The translations under genes and the position numbers were made by a program. 64,000 bases of DNA from an uncultured Gemmatimonadales bacterium (GTDB lineage Bacteria > Gemmatimonadota > Gemmatimonadetes > Longimicrobiales > RSA9), in contig CAWCRS010000007.1 of assembly GCA_963798085.1 (NCBI GenBank), positions 1,632,001 to 1,696,000 on the forward strand, in the 5' to 3' direction. Below, piece after piece: positions 9,173-16,706 of the stretch. A model generated the notes under the pieces. The model did no database searches and had not been told where the DNA came from. It saw only the letters and a list, made by a program, of their open reading frames with translations. The number at the start of each line of letters is the position of its first letter. The stretch's first letter is position 1.

Positions 9173-10717
9173 ATGTCCGGTGATCCCTTTCACGGGCACC
9201 GCTCGGAACCGCTGCCGCCTGCGCGCACGCACTGGCAGGAGCTCGCCGGACGGCGCCAGAGCCATGACGCGGGCTGGCTGCGACCGGTGCGCTCCGGACT
9301 GTTCGCGCCACCCGCCGTCGAGCCGGAATCGATGGCCACGCAGGTCGGGGAACGCGTCGCGGAAACGCCCGAGCTCGAGCCCGACACGTTGTGGATCGAG
9401 TCCGTCGCGCAGGAAGTTCCCGCCGGTGCGCTGACCCCGCCTGTCGATTTCGAAGAAGTGCCCGCCGAGTACGAGGAGGAGGTCAGCGAGTCCGAGCCCG
9501 AAGCCGGGTACGCTGCCGTCGTCGCCTACGAGACGGACGCTGTCGATGACACTGCAGAAACCGCCAATTACACGTCAGAGGCCATCGCATACGAAGCGGA
9601 TGCCGGCGAACTCGAAGCAGAGGCCGTCCAATTCGAACCGGAGGCCGTCGACTACGAAGCGGAGGCCGTCGAATACGAAGAAGGTGCGGCGCCGGACGAT
9701 CTGCAGTCGTCAGGCTACGCTGTCGAGCCTCCGTTCCGTGCGGAATCCGCCGATTACGACGACGGGACGGTCGAGCGGGAAGCGGAAGCATTCGCCGCGG
9801 AAAGCAGCGCGGCGGAAGGCAGTGCAGCGATCGAGTGGGACGAGGCGCGGGAACCCGAGTCCAGCGGGGAACCGGCTGCGTTCGAAGAGGTTGCGTTCGC
9901 GGACGCACAGCCTGAATTCTCCGGGATCGAAGCGGCCGCCACCGGAGTCGACGCCGAACCGCCCTCGCCCTGGGAGTCGTACTTCTCTTCCGTCGACGAT
10001 GAAGTGATCCTCGAATCGGGAGCCGCCGGGCCGGTTGACCGCATGTCCTTCGAGGAAACCGGAGACGAGGAAGAGGACGATGAGCTGATCCTGGAAATCA
10101 GCATCGACGACGAGGCCGAAGAAACCATCTTCGAAGCGCACGTCGACGACGACCCGGAATCCGTCACGGACGCAGACACGCCTGCCGCGGCCGCCGAAAC
10201 CGAGCCGGCGAGCATGCGGCCCGGCCCGGCGCCGCTCAGTGCCTGGGACCTCGCGCGCACACGCGACAATCAGGAGGCCGAGCGCAAGGCCGCTAACGCG
10301 CGAGCAGAATGGGAATCGTTCGGCCGCCAGCTCGCCGAATCGCTTTCCTTCCAGAGCGAAGCGGGCACCCACGAGGTACAGCTCACTGACGCTGTGGAAG
10401 AGAAACTCGCCAACGCGCCAGCTTCCGCGCCATTCCCGCCCGCCGTCGAGGTGGAAGGACTGCAGCCCATCGGTGCGGCTTTCGAGCCGCTCCACGAGGA
10501 GACGCTAACACCAGATCCGGAGCAGGCGACGTCTCCCGCTCCGGAGTCGCCGGCCGCTGCGCCGGCCCTCTCCGAGCTGGCCGCCCGCCTGGAGGCGTTC
10601 GCCGCGGCGCTCCGTGAAAAGGGCGAGGATGCATTGCGTCAGCCCACGGGCGGCGACCCCGTGCAGGCACTGCTCACAGGCATCGCCGCCGGCTGGCTCG
10701 GAGGACGCCAGTCGTGA
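9173..10717 (+). CDS. Acidic, probably intrinsically disordered protein with C-terminal helical domain
   Basis: AAAGGA RBS before ATG 9173; E/D/A/P-rich body; stop overlaps the apt start. Confidence 0.75.
   Translation: MSGDPFHGHRSEPLPPARTHWQELAGRRQSHDAGWLRPVRSGLFAPPAVEPESMATQVGERVAETPELEPDTLWIESVAQEVPAGALTPPVDFEEVPAEYEEEVSESEPEAGYAAVVAYETDAVDDTAETANYTSEAIAYEADAGELEAEAVQFEPEAVDYEAEAVEYEEGAAPDDLQSSGYAVEPPFRAESADYDDGTVEREAEAFAAESSAAEGSAAIEWDEAREPESSGEPAAFEEVAFADAQPEFSGIEAAATGVDAEPPSPWESYFSSVDDEVILESGAAGPVDRMSFEETGDEEEDDELILEISIDDEAEETIFEAHVDDDPESVTDADTPAAAAETEPASMRPGPAPLSAWDLARTRDNQEAERKAANARAEWESFGRQLAESLSFQSEAGTHEVQLTDAVEEKLANAPASAPFPPAVEVEGLQPIGAAFEPLHEETLTPDPEQATSPAPESPAAAPALSELAARLEAFAAALREKGEDALRQPTGGDPVQALLTGIAAGWLGGRQS
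9578..9682 (+). repeat. Five imperfect 21-bp tandem repeats (7-aa EAVxYEA unit)
   Basis: gaggccatcgcatacgaagcg / gatgccggcgaactcgaagca / gaggccgtccaattcgaaccg / gaggccgtcgactacgaagcg / gaggccgtcgaatacgaagaa. Confidence 0.8.
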
Positions 10718-11250
10718 GCACAGGCACAATCGAAAAGCGCATCCGCGAACGCATCCGCGAGATTCCGGACTTTCCCACGCCCGGCATCCTCTTCCGCGAC
10801 ATTACACCCGTGCTCGCCAATGCGACATTGTTCGCGGACACGGTCGAGCACTTCTGCCGCCGCTTCGAGAATACCGCCGTCGACATTGTCGTCGCCATCG
10901 AGTCACGCGGCTTCATCGTCGGTGCACCCGTCGCGCTCGCTCTCGGCCTGGCTTTCGCACCCGTGCGCAAGCCAGGCAAGCTCCCGTTCACGACCGTGCG
11001 CGTCGACTACAAGCTCGAGTACGGTACCGATGCACTCGAAGCCCACATCAATGCCGTCCAGCCCGGCCAGCGCGTTCTTGTCATCGATGACGTCCTCGCC
11101 ACCGGTGGCACGGCTGCCGGCACCGTCACACTCGTGCAGAAGCTGGGCGGCGAAGTCGTCGGCTGCGGCTTCCTCATCGAGCTGGCCGCGCTCCGCGGCC
11201 GCCAGAAGCTGTCACCCATTCCCGTCGACTCCCTGATCACCTACGACTGA
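10714..11250 (+). CDS. apt: Adenine phosphoribosyltransferase
   Basis: PDFPTPGILFRDITP, ESRGF, RKPGKLP, LEYG, IDDVLATGGT. Confidence 0.97.
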   Translation: MSTGTIEKRIRERIREIPDFPTPGILFRDITPVLANATLFADTVEHFCRRFENTAVDIVVAIESRGFIVGAPVALALGLAFAPVRKPGKLPFTTVRVDYKLEYGTDALEAHINAVQPGQRVLVIDDVLATGGTAAGTVTLVQKLGGEVVGCGFLIELAALRGRQKLSPIPVDSLITYD

Positions 11251-11358
11251 CAATCCATGCCGCGCCGGTCGCGCACGCGTCCGCACGCGAGCCCGCTGAT
11301 CCCGGCCCCACGCCTTCGCATGCTCGCACCCACCTGAACCGCGCGACCGGCGGTGGGC

Positions 11359-11388
11359 TTGACATATCAACAACAGTTGATATATAAT
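11359..11388 (+). promoter_or_regulatory. Sigma-70 promoter with overlapping putative ArsR operator
   Basis: TTGACA (11359-64)-N18-TATAAT (11383-88); perfect inverted repeat ATATCAAC-aaca-GTTGATAT (11364-83). Confidence 0.9.
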
Positions 11389-11393
11389 CCGGC

Positions 11394-11717
11394 ATGAACA
11401 GAACAGCGATACCCAATGCGATCATGCTGGAACGGCTGCAGGCGATTGCGGAAGTGACACGACTGCAGATCGTGCGGCTGCTGGGCGATGGCGAACGCTG
11501 CGTGTGCGAGTTGCAGAGCGCGCTGGACGCGGCGCAGTCACGGCTCTCGTTCCATCTGAAGAAGCTGAAGGATGCGGGCGTGATCGCGGACCGGCGTGAG
11601 GGACGGTGGATCTACTACGCGCTGGTGCCTGAGGCCATCGATGAGTTGCGCGAGTTTCTGGAGGTCATGAAACCGGATGTCACCACCACGGTCCGCACCG
11701 GTCCGTGCTGTGACTGA
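11394..11717 (+). CDS. arsR: ArsR/SmtB-family arsenic-responsive repressor
   Basis: ERCVCEL metal-site motif, QSRLSFHLKKL HTH, RREGRWIYY, C-terminal PCC. Confidence 0.92.
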   Translation: MNRTAIPNAIMLERLQAIAEVTRLQIVRLLGDGERCVCELQSALDAAQSRLSFHLKKLKDAGVIADRREGRWIYYALVPEAIDELREFLEVMKPDVTTTVRTGPCCD

Positions 11718-11738
11718 CCGCATACGGTGAGAGGGGCC

Positions 11739-12623
11739 ATGAGCGTCGACGTGAGGGCGGTTGTGCGTGAGAAGTACGGCGAGGCCGCGCGCCGCGCGGC
11801 GGAGGGAGAGAAGGGCTCGTGCTGCGGCACGCAGTGCGGCTGTGGTTCGGACGATCCGATCACGCGCGATCTGTATGACGCGCTGACCTCCTCACAGGTG
11901 CCGGAGGCGGCCATGCTGGCGTCGCTGGGCTGCGGCAATCCCACCGCGCTGGCGGAACTGCGGGAAGGCAATGTCGTGCTGGACCTGGGCAGCGGTGGCG
12001 GTATCGATGTGCTGCTGTCGGCGCGCCGCGTGGGCGCCACGGGCAAGGCGTATGGCCTCGACATGACGGACGACATGCTGGCACTGGCGCGGCGCAATGC
12101 AGCGGAGGCCGGCGTCCGCAATGTGGAGTTCCTGCAGGGCGAGATCGAGAACATCCCGCTGCCTGACAATTCGGTGGACGTGATCATTTCGAACTGTGTG
12201 ATCAACCTGTCCGGCGAGAAGCGACAGGTGCTGCGCGAGGCTTTCCGCGTGCTGAAGCCGGGCGGCCGGTTTGCGGTGTCCGATGTGGTGGTGCGGGGCA
12301 ATGTGCCGGCCGAAGTGCGGCGTAACATGGAGTTATGGGTGGGCTGCGTGGCGGGCGCGCTCGAGGAGCAGGAGTTCCGGGCGCTGCTGGCCGATGCCGG
12401 CTTCGCCGAAGCCAGCATCGAGCCGACACGCGTCTATCAGGTGGATGATGCGCGTGCGTTCCTGGAAGATGCGGGTCTCGACGTCGCTGCCTTTGCGCCT
12501 GCGATCGAGGGACGCTTCATGGCCGCGTTCGTGCGCGCGCAGAAGCCGGTCGCCAGGAAGCTGCAGGCTGCGACGCTGCCCCTGGCGAAGACGCCCTGCT
12601 GCGGACCGGACTGCTGCACCTGA
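11739..12623 (+). CDS. arsM: Arsenite S-adenosylmethionine methyltransferase
   Basis: SCCG, LGCGNP, LDLGSGGG, ISNCVINL and WVGCVAGA cysteine/SAM motifs; within ars operon. Confidence 0.93.
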   Translation: MSVDVRAVVREKYGEAARRAAEGEKGSCCGTQCGCGSDDPITRDLYDALTSSQVPEAAMLASLGCGNPTALAELREGNVVLDLGSGGGIDVLLSARRVGATGKAYGLDMTDDMLALARRNAAEAGVRNVEFLQGEIENIPLPDNSVDVIISNCVINLSGEKRQVLREAFRVLKPGGRFAVSDVVVRGNVPAEVRRNMELWVGCVAGALEEQEFRALLADAGFAEASIEPTRVYQVDDARAFLEDAGLDVAAFAPAIEGRFMAAFVRAQKPVARKLQAATLPLAKTPCCGPDCCT

Positions 12624-12625
12624 CC

Positions 12626-13396
12626 ATGCGCTACGCGCTGCTCGCGGACATCCACGCGAACCTGCCGGCGCTCGAAGCCGTGCTCGCGCATATCGACCGG
12701 CGAGGCGACATCGATGCCGTCTACCATCTGGGTGACCTGGTGGGCTACGCGCCCTGGCCGAACGAAGTGGTGGCGTTGTTGCGGCAGCGGGGGATCGCCG
12801 GGATCGCGGGCAACTACGATTCCACCACGGGCACGGACTACAAACACTGCGGCTGCCGCTACGAGGATGCACGCCAGGAAGGGCTGAGCCATCTCAGTTA
12901 TGCCTGGACGCGGGCGCACGTGACCGCGTCCACGAAGCAATGGCTCGCCGGACTGCCGTTCCGCATCGACCTGCGCCCGCTGGGCGGACACCTGGCCGGA
13001 CCGCGACTCATGCTGGTGCACGGCAATGCCATCCTGAACACCGTGTACTGGACGGAGGACCGTTCGGACGAGTTCTGCCTGCAGATGGCGCAGCAGCTGG
13101 GCGCGCGGGCGGGCAATGTGGTGGCATTCGGACACACGCACCGGGCATGGCAGCGCGCCGTCGGCGACATCCATTTCGTGAACGCCGGATCGGTGGGCCG
13201 GCCGAAGGACGGCGACTGGCGGGCCGGCTACGTCACCATCGCCATGACCGGGCAGCGCACTGACATCGAGTTAGGGCGCGTGGAGTACGACCTGGCGCGC
13301 GCCGTGCGCGGCATCCGCGAGAGCGACCTGCCCGCTGCGTTCGCCACCATCCTGGAAACAGGGGGCCGGCTGACCAGTGCTGGCTCCGTCGGCTGA
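12626..13396 (+). CDS. Calcineurin-like metallophosphoesterase with CGC motif
   Basis: DIHAN, GDLVGY, GNYD, VHG, GHTH, NAGSVG; extra HCGCRY motif. Confidence 0.9.
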   Translation: MRYALLADIHANLPALEAVLAHIDRRGDIDAVYHLGDLVGYAPWPNEVVALLRQRGIAGIAGNYDSTTGTDYKHCGCRYEDARQEGLSHLSYAWTRAHVTASTKQWLAGLPFRIDLRPLGGHLAGPRLMLVHGNAILNTVYWTEDRSDEFCLQMAQQLGARAGNVVAFGHTHRAWQRAVGDIHFVNAGSVGRPKDGDWRAGYVTIAMTGQRTDIELGRVEYDLARAVRGIRESDLPAAFATILETGGRLTSAGSVG

Positions 13397-13419
13397 CCCC
13401 GCCATGGCCGGCCAGCAGC

Positions 13420-14537
13420 ATGTCTGATGCGCGCCCGCGCAACGGCAGACGGCTCGGCTTCCTCGACCGCTACCTGACGCTCTGGATCTTCGCTGCCATG
13501 GCCGCAGGCATAGCCATCGGTTACCTGTGGCCGGCGGCCGTGGCGGCGTGGAATCGCGAGACGCAGGCGGGCACGACGTCCATTCCGATTGCGGCCGGTC
13601 TCATTCTCATGATGTATCCGCCGCTGGCCAGCGTGCGCTACGAAGAGCTGGGCGATGTGTTCCGCAACCGCAGGGTGCTGGCGCTTTCGCTGCTGCAGAA
13701 CTGGGTGATCGGCCCGCTGCTGATGTTCGGGCTGGCGCTGTTGTTCCTGCGCGCATACCCGGAGCTGATGACCGGGCTCATCCTGATCGGGCTGGCGAGG
13801 TGCATCGCCATGGTCATCGTCTGGAACGATCTGGCTTCCGGCGACGCCGAATACGCTGCGGGCCTCGTCGCCTTCAATTCGATCTTCCAGGTGCTCTTCT
13901 ACTCGGTGTACGCGTGGTTCTTCATCACGGCGGTACCGCACTGGCTCGGGCTCGGTGGCGCTGTGGTCCGCATCACCATGCGCCAGATCGCGACCAGCGT
14001 GTTCATCTACCTCGGCATTCCCGCACTGGCCGGTGCGCTCACGCGCTTTCTGCTGGTACGGGCGCGGGGCAGGACCTGGTACCACGAGCATTTCGTGCCG
14101 CGCATCAGCCCGCTGACGCTGGTGGCACTGCTGTTCACCATCGTGGTCATGTTCTCGATCAGGGTCAAGCGATCATTCGCCAGCCGCAGGCGGTCGTGCG
14201 CGTGGCGATTCCGCTGCTCATCTACTTCCTCGGCATGTTCACGATCACGTTCTTCATGAGCCGCAAGGCTGGCGCAAGCTATCCGCAGACAGCGACGCTC
14301 TCCCTCACGGCCGCATCCAACAACTTCGAGCTGGCGATTGCCGTGGCGGTGGGCACGTTCGGCATCGGGCACGGCGCGGCATTCGCCGCCGTGATCGGAC
14401 CGCTCGTGGAGGTGCCCGTCCTGATCATGCTGGTGAACGTGGCGCTGCGCTGGCGCGGGAAGTACTTCCCGGAAACCGCGGCCGCGATCGACAGCGTGCG
14501 CAACTGCGCCTTCCCCGCGGGAACCCCGGCGCCCTGA
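13420..14537 (+). CDS. acr3: ACR3-family arsenite efflux transporter (frameshift near 14160)
   Basis: [11 protein letters not shown] and [11 protein letters not shown] in the first frame; [11 protein letters not shown] and GPLVEVP in the second frame. Confidence 0.9.
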
Positions 14538-14648
14538 TAATGCCCTGCCAGGAGAACACGCTACGATCGACCGCTGCAATGGCGCGGGCCCGGGCCCCGA
14601 CGCCAGCACGCACTGCCGGTTCCGGGGTCCCGCTCCGAGAGGCTGAGG

Positions 14649-15820
14649 TCAGACCTTGATCTTCCAGTAGGTGACGGTCCCGCCGTCCACGGCATCGGTG
14701 CCCGTCAGGGCCGTCTGCTTCGCGGGCGCCGGCTGCATGGTCCAGCACGCTGTCTCGGAGGCATCCGTGGATGCGTGCAGGAAGTAGTTCCTCGCCTTCA
14801 TGTTCGTGGGATTGGTGACGACCGAGTCCGAGACTACAATGTGGATGTGCGGTGCCCGCTTGCCGCCGGGGAAACCGTTGCTGAAAACACCAATGTTATG
14901 ATCGAGACAGATCTCCATGCCGAACGTAATGCCCTCGAATGGGATCCGTGAGGCCCAGCTTGTCGCCCGATACGAACACCGTGCTGCGGTCCCCGATGCA
15001 CTCGTGGAAATCGCCCATCTTGTTGTACTTGAAGCGCACCCGCCCGCCATACAGCAGATACGCGGTGTTGCGCATCATGTGCGTGGCCGCGCCGCCCGCG
15101 GCGGTCGCCTTCTTGGTAATCCGCGGAATCGTGCTGTAGCAGCTCGCGGGAAGGTTGTAGTCCGTAATGAGCTGTTTCAGAAACGGCTTGTCGTAGAGCA
15201 CGTCATCGACCAGTTCCCAGAACGCATCGGCCGCCGGCTTGCCGCCCGCCACGAGGTTGTTGAAGTCGGTGCCGAGGTTGTAGAAGTCGTTGTTGATGCA
15301 ATCGTCAATGGCGTCGACGAGTGGCGGCGCGGCCTTGCGCAGGCCACCCGTGTGGTCGGTGGACGCACCCAGCCGGACCACGTTCTTGGCGCGCCGGTCG
15401 GTCGTCTTCGCGATGCCCGTGCGCAGACCCGTAACCGGGTTCTTCTTCAGCGTCTCACCGGCTGGGCGGTCGAGCGGCTTGCGCCAGGCAATGGTCCCGG
15501 GCACCAGCACGATGTCAGGGTACTGCTCGCTCAGCTTGAGCAGCTGCGCCTGCAGCGTCTCCTTGTCGCGTTGCTCGATGGGCCGGCCCCGGAACCGATC
15601 CTGGCTGTCGCTCCATTTGCCCATCTTCGGGCTGGCGAAGTAGTACTCCGGCGCCACGAAGAATGCCGCGCATGCCGGCCTGACTGCCCAGACCATTGCT
15701 CATGATCCTGGATTGCAGCATGCCGAGTGCGGTCCGCAGGTGCGGCAGATTCGTACTCGGATCACGGGCCAGCGTGCCCGTCGAAGGTCGCGTCCAGAGT
15801 CCCGCAATGAGCGTAGGCAT
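14649..15820 (-). CDS. Carbon-nitrogen hydrolase (nitrilase) superfamily protein (frameshifts near 15665 and 14950)
   Basis: Three consecutive ORFs give FVAPEYYF (Glu), RNTAY..KYNK (Lys) and GMEICLDH (Cys); GAGGT RBS before ATG 15820. Confidence 0.7.
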
Positions 15821-15994
15821 CGAGTTTCACCTCTGCGCAGGGGTAGAGGAATCGCGGTCCGTGGCTCAGCCTGCAGCGCCGTCGCATATCGTTGAGCCGC
15901 GCGTAAACGCGGATAGTATAGGTTCCGGCGAGGCACGGCGGAAACGCCGCGCGGGGCCTTCCACACCGGCCGGCGTGCGGGTAATTTTCCGCCG

Positions 15995-16070
15995 GCCCCC
16001 GTAGCTCAGGTGGATAGAGCGGCGGTTTCCTAAACCGCGTCAGCCGCAGGTTCGAATCCTGCCGGGGGCA
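15995..16070 (+). tRNA. tRNA-Arg(CCT)
   Basis: Acceptor stem GCCCCCG/CGGGGGC; D-loop GGA with A20; anticodon arm GCGGT-TTCCTAA-ACCGC; T arm GCAGG-TTCGAAT-CCTGC; CCA not encoded. Confidence 0.95.
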
Positions 16071-16120
16071 CTCCCGCCGCAACAGCGGTAACACCCCGCC
16101 GGTCCGCCGTCCGGCCTCTT

Positions 16121-16184
16121 CCTCTTGACAGCCAAAGGAGCAACGGATGCAGGGTCCCGCACGCGACCTCTTGGCGGCCAAAGG
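16121..16184 (+). promoter_or_regulatory. Duplicated quasi-palindromic operator upstream of padR
   Basis: CCTCTTGACAGCCAAAGG (16121-38) and CCTCTTGGCGGCCAAAGG (16167-84), 16/18 identical. Confidence 0.6.
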
Positions 16185-16191
16185 AAGGTGC

Positions 16192-16517
16192 ATGGCAGAA
16201 TCCACCGATGTGATTCAGGGCACAATCGACATGCTCGTGCTCAAGAGCCTGAGCCTGGAACCCATGCACGGGTTCGGCGTGGACCGACGCATCGAGCAGA
16301 TCAGCCGTGGTGTGTTCCGCGTGAACCCGGGCTCGCGCTGCTCGTCTTTCGCCGGCTGGAGCGCGCCGGGCTCGTCAATGCGGAATGGCGGGCGAGCGAG
16401 AACAACCGGCGGGCCCGGTACTATCAGATCACAACCGGGGGTCGCAGGCGGCTGAGAACGGAGAAGGATGACTGGGCGCGGCGTGCCGCGGCGATCGCCC
16501 GCCTGCTGGAAGCGTGA
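16192..16517 (+). CDS. PadR-family transcriptional regulator (frameshift near 16335)
   Basis: QGTIDMLVLKSL..PMHGFG, then in another frame RRLERAGLV.AEWRASENNRRARYY.IT..GR. Confidence 0.8.
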
Positions 16518-16519
16518 CG

Positions 16520-16627
16520 ATGTTCCGCACGTTGCGGCCGGGGCTGCGCGCGTTGTTCGCGCGGCGTGTGGTGGATGAGGAGCTGCGCGACGAGCTGCGT
16601 CACTATCTCGAAAAGTTCATGGAGTGA
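16520..16627 (+). pseudogene. N-terminal remnant of an ABC (ADOP-type) permease
   Basis: MFRTLRPGLRALFARRVVDEELRDELRHYLE resembles the permease prefix that normally follows this PadR type; only 35 aa. Confidence 0.6.
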
Positions 16628-16706
16628 ACTGCGCGGGCACAGAGACGCGGGACGACCGGTAGCATCGCACGCGTGACGCCTGGTGCCGGCCGGCCAGCGA
16701 ATCAGT

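Noticed and set aside
9578..9682. 21-bp repeats as a CRISPR array
   Set aside because: No spacers, in-frame coding repeats and no cas genes
6797..11356. 16-bp perfect inverted repeat CCACCGCCGGTCGCGC (6797-6812 and 11341-56) bracketing the receptor-apt block
   Set aside because: One copy lies inside the dedA coding sequence, it is nearly all GC so chance matches are expected, and no transposase or invertase is adjacent
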